Source: Candidatus Zixiibacteriota bacterium (GTDB lineage: Bacteria > Electryoneota > B3-LCP). From it: 64,000 nucleotides of DNA. The stretch spans positions 48,837-112,836 of the forward strand of contig QZKQ01000033.1 of NCBI GenBank assembly GCA_003599535.1, written 5' to 3'. This document shows, piece after piece, positions 18,582-25,569 of the stretch. Position numbers and translations under genes: made by a program. Numbering within the stretch: position 1 is the first letter of the stretch; each line of letters starts with the position of its first letter. Below the pieces are notes generated by a model that was given only the letters and a program-made list of their open reading frames with translations, was not told the DNA's origin and searched no databases.

Positions 18582-19154
18582 ATATTCACCACAGAGACAC
18601 GGAGAATAGAATCCAGAAGCCAGAATACAGGAGTCAGGAGCCAGAAGCTAGGAGAATCCGAGGGTGGAATGGGTGTTCCTGCCTGACGGAGGGCCGATGC
18701 CTCAGTGGCGCAAGCGTCCCCGCTTGCGGTTATCTGCGGCCAGCCACGAAGTGGTCACTGCGTGACAGAAACGCCGGCCTTACTGATCTAATCTTTGAGG
18801 GCATTGCATTGGGATGGCCATCTGCCGGCGGACGGATTGTGGCCACATGAATCCCCGCGTAGGGGCGGGGCTTAGCTTACCCCTTCGGGGACCCCGTCCG
18901 CGACTCCCCAGGAGTCGAATAATAGTAACATCGGGCGCCAGCCCGGGGTGGAGGCGACCTCGTCAATCCTCCCGACTCTGCCACGCAGTCCTGGGCGAGA
19001 CTCGTCCCGCGCCATAACACCAATACGACCACAATCCTCGGTTGACGAAAAGCCATCCATATACGATGAGCTCAACCCGATTCCCCACCGGGCTGTAACC
19101 TTTGTGAGAATGACAAACAGAGCCAGCAGCCAACAGCCAGCAGCCAGGAGCCAT
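18582..19154 (+). repeat. modular hairpin-rich intergenic mosaic, copy B
   Basis: Starts 1 nt after the ispG stop with ATTCACCACAGAGACACGG plus the heptamer tract 18589-18658. Also carries the GGCCATC..GATTGTGGCC module, the CGCAAGCG-TCCC-CGCTTGCG hairpin (18709-18728, also at 41494-41513), GTAGGGGCGGGGC words, and ends in the (AGCCARC)n tract 19121-19152. Confidence 0.75.
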
Positions 19155-19580
19155 ATGCAAGCACTTCAACACTCCGACGGCTACCTGATCCGTCTGGAAC
19201 GCGGCGAAGAGGTCACCGCCACGCTGACCGCTTTCCTGGAAGAGAAGGGCATCCACGCCGGGACCGTCATGGGCCTGGGCGGCATCGGCGACGCCGAACT
19301 GGGCTTCTACGACCTGCCCAACAAGACCTACCTGCGCCGCCAGGTCCCCGGCAACCTGGAACTGGTGCACTACTCCGGCAACATCACCCTGGTGGACGGC
19401 AAACCCTTCATCCACGCCCACGCAGTGGTATCCGGGGCGGACTACCAGGCGCTCTCCGGGCACTTCTTCAGCGCCAACGTCGTCATCACCGGCGAATTCA
19501 TCCTGCGACCTGCGCAGTGGGAAGTATCCCGCACGCTGGACGAATTCACCGGCCTGAAACTGATGGATCTCCCGAAGTGA
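19155..19580 (+). CDS. PPC (DUF296) domain protein, putative DNA-binding
   Basis: ..LELVHYSGNITLVDGKPFIHAHAVVSGADYQALSGHFFSANVVITGEFIL.. fits the PPC/DUF296 pattern. Start ATG 19155; ATG 19110 would translate the heptamer tract. Confidence 0.65.
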   Translation: MQALQHSDGYLIRLERGEEVTATLTAFLEEKGIHAGTVMGLGGIGDAELGFYDLPNKTYLRRQVPGNLELVHYSGNITLVDGKPFIHAHAVVSGADYQALSGHFFSANVVITGEFILRPAQWEVSRTLDEFTGLKLMDLPK

Positions 19581-20293
19581 ACTTCCCCACCTCCCGCCAG
19601 ACCGGCCGGGGCGACTTCTACGTGGACCCCCGCCCCCTGGCCGACCCGCCCGCCCGGGTGACCATTTCCGTGGCCGGCAACATCGGGTCGGGCAAGACCA
19701 CGCTGACCCAGCGCATCGGCGAGCTGCTGACCTTCAAGGCCTTCCTGGAACCGGTGGCCGCCAATCCTTACCTGGAAGATTTTTATCTCGAACCGCGCCG
19801 CTGGAGCTTTCCCCTGCAGGTGGTCTTCCTGTCGCAGAAGCTGAAGCTGATGCAGGAACTGCAGGCCAGCCCCCACCACCGCGTGCTGGACCGCACCCTG
19901 CAGGAGGACGCCGAGATCTTCGCCGCCACCCAGTTTCAGGCCGGGTACATGGACGAGCGCGACTGGCAAGCGTACTGGGATCTCTACCAGGCCGTGGAAC
20001 CGTCCATCCTGCTGCCTGATTTGGTGCTCTACCTGCAGGCGGACGTGGATTTCCTGCTTTACCGCATCCGCCGGCGCGAACGTGCGGCGGAAAAACCCCT
20101 CGCCCAGGACTACCTGGAACGGCTGAACCAGGCCTACGACCGCTGGATCGAATCCATAGCCGGTCGCACCCGGGTGCTGAAAATCCGGGCGCTGGATTAC
20201 GAGAGCGGCCCCGACTGGAAGCGGCTGGACTTCCTGGTGCGGGATATCGAACGGATGCTGGCGCGGACGATCCCGTTCCATTTCGGAAAGTAA
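19577..20293 (+). CDS. deoxynucleoside kinase
   Basis: P-loop VAGNIGSGKTTL followed by ..FLEPVAANPYLEDFY..WSFPLQVVFL.. typical of dNK/dCK/dGK. GTG 19577 overlaps the upstream stop (GTGA). GTG 19622 is an alternative. Confidence 0.82.
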   Translation: MNFPTSRQTGRGDFYVDPRPLADPPARVTISVAGNIGSGKTTLTQRIGELLTFKAFLEPVAANPYLEDFYLEPRRWSFPLQVVFLSQKLKLMQELQASPHHRVLDRTLQEDAEIFAATQFQAGYMDERDWQAYWDLYQAVEPSILLPDLVLYLQADVDFLLYRIRRRERAAEKPLAQDYLERLNQAYDRWIESIAGRTRVLKIRALDYESGPDWKRLDFLVRDIERMLARTIPFHFGK

Positions 20294-20730
20294 AATTCAC
20301 CGCAAAGACGCAGAGAACGCAGAGAAAATAGGATCCAGAAGCCGGCAGTCAGAAGAATAGGAGTCAGGAGTCAGGAGTCCGGAGATTCGGACGGCCATCC
20401 GTCAGCCGACGGATCGTGGCCCACACCCCGCAGGGGTGGTCCTTTAGTAGCCGTAGGTTTCAACCTACGGAGAAGGGGAATCCCATACCTCCTTTTCTAC
20501 AACCCTGAAGGGGTTGACCATAATCCGTTCAATCCGTTCCATCTGTTTCATCTGCGATTCTGACGTGGGGCCGCCAGGAATCGCTTCGCTTTCCCTAAGG
20601 GACCACTGCGTGGCAATCCTGGCGGTAACGAGGAATATTTCTCTGTAAGCCGTAGAGCACCCGCTTCAGCGGGTAGCATGATAGTAGCCCAGGAATTCAT
20701 TCCTGGGTGGGTTGCCAACCGCCACCTCCC
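20294..20730 (+). repeat. modular hairpin-rich intergenic mosaic, copy C (most complete)
   Basis: Module order: heptamer tract 20294-20385; GGCCATCCGTCAGCCGACGGATCGTGGCC; CACCCCGCAGGGGTG; CCGTAGGTTTCAACCTACGG; CCCTGAAGGGG; AATCCGT repeats ending ATCTGCGATTCTGAC (20550-20564); GCCGCCAGGA..TCCTGGCGG stem (20570-20625); ACCCGC-TTCA-GCGGGT; CCCAGGAAT-TC-ATTCCTGGG (20688-20707). Confidence 0.85.
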
Positions 20731-21912
20731 ATGACCGCTTCCACCCGCAAAACTCTGAATATCGCCCTGCTGGTCGTTCTGGCCGGATTCCTGGTGCACT
20801 ACAGCCTCTTCTCCATGCGGGAATACGCCGACTTCAAGCCGCTGTACCGGTCCGGGGAGCGGTTCCTCTGGGGGCGGGACCTGTACAACTTCGCCGACGG
20901 CCATTTTCTGTTCAAGTATGCCCCCTTCGCCGGAGCCATGTTCGCGCCGCTGGCGGCGCTGCCCTGGGCGTTGGCGTCGGTCATCTGGGTGACCGGCGCG
21001 TGGGCGCTGCTGGGAGTTACCTACGTGCAATCCCGCCGCTGGATCATGGGCCGCGAAACGCTGCCGCTGTGGGTGGGGCTGCTGGTGTTCCTGGGAGTGT
21101 CCAAGTTCACCTTGGCGGAAGTGCGGCTGGGGCAGGTGAACTATCCCCTGCTGTTCTTCGCGCTGGCGGCCATCATCAGCCTGGGGAAATCCTGGGAAGG
21201 CTGGGGGGGCGCCCTGCTGGCGGTGGCGACGCTTTTCAAGCCTCCCCTGGCGCTGCTGCTGGTAGTGGCCCTGTGGCGCCGCCGTCCCAAGTTCGTCCTG
21301 GGCTTTGCCGTGGGGTTGACGGCCGGACTTTTGCTTCCGATCCTGCGTTATGGCTGGATTGGTACTCTGGACCTGTACCGGGGCTGGTGGGAGGTGATGT
21401 GGGTGTCCTCGCCGGGGCAGATGGAAAGCGAAGTCAACCAGTCGCTGCCCGGAGCCCTGACGCGCTGGCTGGTGCATAACCCCTATGGATCGTCCTTTGC
21501 CACCCTGCCGCCGGAGGCGCCCATGATCATCACCGGGATCATTTTCGCGCTCTACCTGGCGCTGGCCTGGTGGATGGAACTGCGCTCGCGCACCAACCCG
21601 GAATTGGCCCCCGTGGCGCCGGTGCTGCTGCTGACCGGCACGGTGCTGTTCAATCCCCTGGGCTGGGTGCAGAACTACATCTTTCTGGCGCCGGCCCTGA
21701 TCCTGGCTTTTCGCTACGTCTTGCTGGAACGGGGGCGCGGCCGGACGCGGGTGGCGCTGGTGGCGCTGTTCTTCCTGGCGGCGGTGCTGCCCAACTACGA
21801 GATGATGGGCCGGCACCTGCACAATCACTACCTGGCGCAGTCATGGATTTTCCTGGGGGTGGCGGCGCTGATGGCCGCGCTCGTGGTTCCTTTACGTTAT
21901 CGCCATGCATGA
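20731..21912 (+). CDS. GT87/DUF2029-like polyprenol-dependent glycosyltransferase (membrane)
   Basis: About 11 TM segments. The N-terminal region ..DFKPLYRSGERFLWGRDLYNFADGHFLFKYAPFAGAMFAPL.. resembles DUF2029 mannosyltransferase-like proteins. Start ATG 20731. Confidence 0.65.
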   Translation: MTASTRKTLNIALLVVLAGFLVHYSLFSMREYADFKPLYRSGERFLWGRDLYNFADGHFLFKYAPFAGAMFAPLAALPWALASVIWVTGAWALLGVTYVQSRRWIMGRETLPLWVGLLVFLGVSKFTLAEVRLGQVNYPLLFFALAAIISLGKSWEGWGGALLAVATLFKPPLALLLVVALWRRRPKFVLGFAVGLTAGLLLPILRYGWIGTLDLYRGWWEVMWVSSPGQMESEVNQSLPGALTRWLVHNPYGSSFATLPPEAPMIITGIIFALYLALAWWMELRSRTNPELAPVAPVLLLTGTVLFNPLGWVQNYIFLAPALILAFRYVLLERGRGRTRVALVALFFLAAVLPNYEMMGRHLHNHYLAQSWIFLGVAALMAALVVPLRYRHA

Positions 21913-22207
21913 TGGCGCGGGGGTTAAATTCGTCAGCGCCGAGCTGGACATGCTGGAAACCGAGCCCGGCGGCCGGCCGGTACGCTTCCGCTATGAAGGC
22001 GCCGAGCACCGTGTGGAGGAGATTGTGCGGGAATGGCAGGACTACGGCTTTTCGGCGGCGGCCTTCCGGCGCGATTGGCGCACCCGGCGGCATCGCAACT
22101 ACTACGAAATCCGCACCGACCGGGGTCTGCATGGGCAGGTGTACTTTGACCGGGGAGTCAAACCCAGCAGCCCGCGGGCGTGGGTGCTGCTGGAAGTGTA
22201 TGAATAG
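21905..22207 (+). CDS. hypothetical protein (100 aa)
   Basis: ORF overlapping the GT87-like gene by 8 nt. Host-like composition. No motif recognised. Confidence 0.4.
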   Translation: MHDGAGVKFVSAELDMLETEPGGRPVRFRYEGAEHRVEEIVREWQDYGFSAAAFRRDWRTRRHRNYYEIRTDRGLHGQVYFDRGVKPSSPRAWVLLEVYE

Positions 22208-22256
22208 GGCTCTCGGCTGTCGGCTCTCGGCTCTCGGCTCTCGGCTATTAGCTCCT
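22208..22256 (+). repeat. (GGCTCTC)n heptamer tract, left inverted arm of the four-helix-bundle cassette
   Basis: ggctctc ggctgtc ggctctc ggctctc ggctctc ggctatt agctcct. Reverse-complementary to 22701-22731. Confidence 0.85.
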
Positions 22257-22305
22257 GGATACTGATAATTAATGCAGACATCAAATAATATCTTCGGAGG
22301 ATACA

Positions 22306-22695
22306 ATGGGCGATTATCGAAAGCTCGAAGTATGGCAATTGAGCCATGCTCTGGTGTTGGATATTTATAAAGTCACCTCTTCATATCCCAATCATGAAAT
22401 GTTTGGCTTGACCAGTCAAACTCGACGCGCCGCCATCTCGATTGCTGCGAATATTGTCGAAGGATGCGGCCGGGGGCGTGATGGCGAAATGTCCAGGTTT
22501 CTGATTATTTCTCTGGGGTCAGCCACCGAATTGGAATATCATCTCCTGGTGGCAAAGGATGTAGGTTATCTTCCCAACACGGAATATGATCGCCTGTCTG
22601 AATGCTTGAGCCGCATACTGCGCATGTTGAACACGTTTACGCAACGCGTAAGGAATAGCTTTGAAGCATCTAACAAAAAGATTGCAGCACGGTAA
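22306..22695 (+). CDS. four-helix-bundle protein (23S rRNA intervening-sequence protein family)
   Basis: MGDYRKLEVWQLSHALVLDIYKVTSSYPNHEMFGLTSQTRRAAISIAANIVEG.. matches the family signature. GC about 42% on a sampled line, against about 65% in flanking genes. Confidence 0.9.
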   Translation: MGDYRKLEVWQLSHALVLDIYKVTSSYPNHEMFGLTSQTRRAAISIAANIVEGCGRGRDGEMSRFLIISLGSATELEYHLLVAKDVGYLPNTEYDRLSECLSRILRMLNTFTQRVRNSFEASNKKIAAR

Positions 22696-22700
22696 CCGAT

Positions 22701-22731
22701 AGCTGAGAGCCGACAGCCGAGAGCCGAGAGC
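22701..22731 (+). repeat. (AGCCGAG)n heptamer tract, right inverted arm of the four-helix-bundle cassette
   Basis: agctgag agccgac agccgag agccgag agc. Pairs with 22208-22256 with about 3 mismatches in 28 nt. Confidence 0.85.
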
Positions 22732-22735
22732 GTTC

Positions 22736-22764
22736 TTGACTTCCGTCAAGAAAATCCGTACATT
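22736..22764 (+). promoter_or_regulatory. sigma70-like promoter (TTGACT-17-TACATT)
   Basis: -35 at 22736-22741, -10 at 22759-22764, 45 nt before ATG 22810. Confidence 0.45.
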
Positions 22765-22809
22765 ATATGCCTCCCGCGTGTTGACCCGCGTCATCAACCG
22801 GAGCCTCCC

Positions 22810-23295
22810 ATGAAGCGATATGAAGCCCCGCGCAAGGAATTGATCGAAGGCGTGGCGGTCAAGGATCTGAAGATCATCCCTGACGAGCGCGGCCGGCTGA
22901 TGGAAATCCTGCGCTCGGACGACCCCCTGTTCGTCAAGTTCGGCCAGGTGTACATGACCACCAACTACCCCGGCGTAGTCAAGGCCTGGCACTACCACAA
23001 GCAGCAGGTGGACCACGTGGCCTGCGTCAAGGGGATGATCAAGCTGGTCATGTTCGACGACCGCGAAGGCAGCCCCACCCGGGGGATCCTCAACGAATTC
23101 TTCCTGGGCGAGCATAACCCCAAGCTGGTGCGCATCCCTTCGGGGGTGTGGCACGGCTGGAAGGGGGTCAGCGAGACCGAGGCGCTGATCGTCAACACCA
23201 CCACCGAGCTGTACGACCCGGCCAATCCGGACGAATACCGGCTCCCCTTCGACACGGACAAGATCCCTTACGACTGGGCGATACGGATGGGGTGA
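22810..23295 (+). CDS. RmlC-like cupin (dTDP-4-dehydrorhamnose 3,5-epimerase-related sugar epimerase)
   Basis: ..IIPDERGRLMEILRSDD..GQVYMTTNYPGVVKAWHYHKQQVDHVACVKG.. is the small epimerase-like cupin pattern. Confidence 0.75.
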   Translation: MKRYEAPRKELIEGVAVKDLKIIPDERGRLMEILRSDDPLFVKFGQVYMTTNYPGVVKAWHYHKQQVDHVACVKGMIKLVMFDDREGSPTRGILNEFFLGEHNPKLVRIPSGVWHGWKGVSETEALIVNTTTELYDPANPDEYRLPFDTDKIPYDWAIRMG

Positions 23296-23424
23296 CCCCG
23301 GAATAAATTCCGGGGCTCTCCCGTAAAACCAAGTCACTGAAGTGACTGGCGATGTTTCGAAATCACGGCAGTCTCTTTAGAGACTTTCAATCCTAAAAGA
23401 GAGCACCCGAATTCATTCGGGTGC
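23296..23424 (+). repeat. about 130-nt four-hairpin composite element (copy J) upstream of gcvPB
   Basis: CCCCGGAAT-AA-ATTCCGGGG (23296-23315), AGTCAC-TGAA-GTGACT, AGTCTCT-TT-AGAGACT (23370-23385), GCACCCGAAT-TC-ATTCGGGTGC (23403-23424). Collinear with 37389-37520. Confidence 0.85.
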
Positions 23425-23514
23425 CAAGACCGGCGATCATCAACACTTGAAACCATCTCTGACCAGTTTCCGTTTAATATCAACCCGCATTTCCCCATAA
23501 ACCTTCGATGACCC

Positions 23515-24969
23515 ATGTACGACAAACTCATCTTCGATCTGTCCAAACCCGGCAAGACCGGCGTCTCTCTGCCCCAGACAGACGTTCCGCACCGCGATAA
23601 TCTGATCCCGGACCAATTGCGCCGCAAGGAACCCATTGGGCTGCCCGAAGTCAGCGAACCGGAAGTGATGCGCCATTTCCACAACCTCTCGATCAAGAAC
23701 CACCACATTGACAAGGGCTTCTACCCCTTGGGATCGTGTACCATGAAGTACAATCCCAAGATCAACGAAGTCACCGCGCGGCTGTCCGGCCTGGCCGACC
23801 TGCACCCCTTGCAGCCGGCCGAACAGGTCCAGGGGGCGCTGCGGCTGCTGGTGGAACTGGGCGAGGCGCTGCTGGAAGTATCCGGCATGGACGGCGTCAC
23901 CCTGCAGCCCGCCGCCGGGGCTCACGGCGAACTGACCGGCCTGCTCCTGATGCGCGCCTACCATGAATCCCAGGGGCACCCGCGCCGCAAGGTCATCATC
24001 CCCGACAGCGCCCACGGCACCAACCCGGCCTCCATCATCACCGCCGGCTACGAGGTGGTGCAGATCCCTTCCAATGCCGACGGGCTAATTGACGTCCAGG
24101 CTCTGAAGAACGTGCTGGACACCGAAGTCGCCGCCATGATGATCACCAACCCCAACACCTTGGGAATGTTTGAATCCAACATCCTGGAGGTGGCGGAACT
24201 GGTCCACAACGCCGGCGGGCTGCTGTACATGGACGGCGCCAACCTGAACGCCATGCTGGGCATCACCCGCCCGGGCGACATGAACTTCGACGTGGTGCAC
24301 ATCAACCTGCACAAGACCTTCTCGACGCCACACGGCGGCGGCGGCCCCGGAGCCGGCCCCGTGGCGGTCAAGCAGCACCTGGTCCCCTTCCTGCCCGGCC
24401 CCCTGCCGGTCAAGGATGGCGATAAGTACCACTGGCAGGAACCCGGGCCGCAGTCCATCGGCCGGGTGGGGAGCTTCTACGGCAACTTCGGCGTGCTGGT
24501 GCGGGCCTACACCTACATCCTGATGATGGGCGCCGAAGGCCTGCGCCAGGTCAGCGAACGCGCGGTCATCAACGCCAATTATCTGCGCGCCCTGCTGGAA
24601 CCGCACTACGAGCTGCCCTACAAGCGCCGCAGCCTGCACGAAGTGGTGTTCTCCGGCGACGGCCTGAAGCCCTACGGCGTCAAGACCACCGACGTGGCCA
24701 AGCGCCTGCTGGACTACGGCTATCACGCGCCCACCATTTACTTCCCGCTGATCGTTCATGAGGCGCTGATGATTGAGCCGACCGAGACGGAATCCAAGGA
24801 GACCCTGGACGCCTTCGCGCAGGCCATGATCAACATCGCGGAAGAGGCTCGGACCAACCCCGAGCTGCTGCACCGCGCGCCGATTGCGACTCCGGTGGGC
24901 CGCCTGGACGAGGCCGGCGCCGCTCGCGCTCTGAACGTCGTCTACAAGCCGGAAGCCGAGCAGAAATAG
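23515..24969 (+). CDS. gcvPB: glycine dehydrogenase (aminomethyl-transferring) subunit 2
   Basis: Full-length GcvPB with the PLP-lysine region [18 protein letters not shown]. No gcvPA/T/H adjacent. Confidence 0.95.
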   Translation: MYDKLIFDLSKPGKTGVSLPQTDVPHRDNLIPDQLRRKEPIGLPEVSEPEVMRHFHNLSIKNHHIDKGFYPLGSCTMKYNPKINEVTARLSGLADLHPLQPAEQVQGALRLLVELGEALLEVSGMDGVTLQPAAGAHGELTGLLLMRAYHESQGHPRRKVIIPDSAHGTNPASIITAGYEVVQIPSNADGLIDVQALKNVLDTEVAAMMITNPNTLGMFESNILEVAELVHNAGGLLYMDGANLNAMLGITRPGDMNFDVVHINLHKTFSTPHGGGGPGAGPVAVKQHLVPFLPGPLPVKDGDKYHWQEPGPQSIGRVGSFYGNFGVLVRAYTYILMMGAEGLRQVSERAVINANYLRALLEPHYELPYKRRSLHEVVFSGDGLKPYGVKTTDVAKRLLDYGYHAPTIYFPLIVHEALMIEPTETESKETLDAFAQAMINIAEEARTNPELLHRAPIATPVGRLDEAGAARALNVVYKPEAEQK

Positions 24970-25009
24970 CTTCTCCAGCCTGACATTGGATTACTTGGCA
25001 GCACCATCA

Positions 25010-25041
25010 CGGCGGGGGAAGCGATTCCCCCGCCGGCGTTT
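25010..25041 (+). terminator. possible rho-independent terminator after gcvPB
   Basis: CGGCGGGGGAA-gcga-TTCCCCCGCCG (11-bp stem) followed by GCGTTTGG. The T-tract is weak. Confidence 0.4.
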
Positions 25042-25442
25042 GGGGCCGGGATGGCAGAACCGGAAGTACTGCACATAAGTATAAGAGTAGTCAGGAGCCG
25101 GGAGTCAGGAGCCAGAAGTCTCGGAGGCATAGCACCCCTGGAGAACGTAACCTGTCCTCTCCTCTTTTCCCGAACGACATCCGCGAAATCTGTCAGATCT
25201 GAGCCAATCTGCGATTCAGAAAAGAGTAAAATTTCCGTGGAATCCGTGTGATCCGCTCGATCCGTGATTCTGACCATTTCCTGACCGTGAGATTGCTTCG
25301 GCCCGCCCTTTGGTGGTCTATTCTGACGGATGATGACAACCTCCAGGTCACAGACTCGTTCAGGCTTTATCTCCGGCGGGCCTCGCAATGACACTGCGAT
25401 TCGGGCGGAGTCAAGCCCCCCTACGCGAGCAGTCACCAGCGA

Positions 25443-25529
25443 GTAGGTTGGGTTAGCGAAGCGTAACCCAACAATTTGTTAAAGTGACCGCGGTGTTGGG
25501 TTACGCCCTGGCGGGCTAACCCAACCTAC
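25443..25529. repeat. 87-nt two-tier perfect hairpin
   Basis: Outer stem GTAGGTTGGGTTAGC/GCTAACCCAACCTAC (15 bp). Inner stem GTAACCCAACA/TGTTGGGTTAC (11 bp). 5/10-nt internal loop containing GCGAAGC. 20-nt apical loop. Confidence 0.9.
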
Positions 25530-25569
25530 CCAGCCAACAGCCAACAGCCAATAGCCAGCAGCCAATCCC

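Larger units (their letters stand above)
24970..25569 (+). repeat. modular hairpin-rich intergenic mosaic, copy H
   Basis: Terminator-like hairpin 25010-25035; heptamers GTCAGGAGCCGGGAGTCAGGAGCCAGAAG (about 25090-25118); ATCTGCGATTCAGAA (25207-25221); ATCCGTGATTCTGAC (25260-25274); split GAGATTGCTTCGGCC...GGGCCTCGCAATGACACTG unit; nested hairpin 25443-25529; (AGCCARC)x5 at 25532-25566. Confidence 0.8.

Noticed and set aside
18660-19110. Housekeeping ncRNAs (RNase P RNA, SRP/4.5S RNA, tmRNA, 6S) hidden in the large gene-free spacers 6955-7454, 14095-14436, 18582-19154, 24970-25569 and 52503-53458
   Set aside because: I looked for hallmark strings (GAGGAAAGTCCGGGC, GGAAGGAAGCAGCC-type SRP domain IV, the tmRNA tag-reading frame with a tRNA-like end) and found none. 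The spacers are accounted for by mosaic repeat modules. This is an eye search only, so a covariance-model scan could overturn it.
20294-20730. Integron-style attC sites (structured element right after each stop codon)
   Set aside because: There is no intI integrase or attI. Flanking genes are core housekeeping genes with their own RBS and promoters and host-like composition. I could not find the R''/R' core sites (RYYYAAC/GTTRRRY) at the element ends. The elements occur in both orientations relative to genes.
23296-23514. Glycine riboswitch upstream of gcvPB (also checked upstream of kbl and glyA)
   Set aside because: The conserved glycine-aptamer features as I recall them (GGAGAG...CACCG...GGGGCAA-type cores in tandem) are not present. 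The region consists of short perfect palindromes shared with non-glycine loci.
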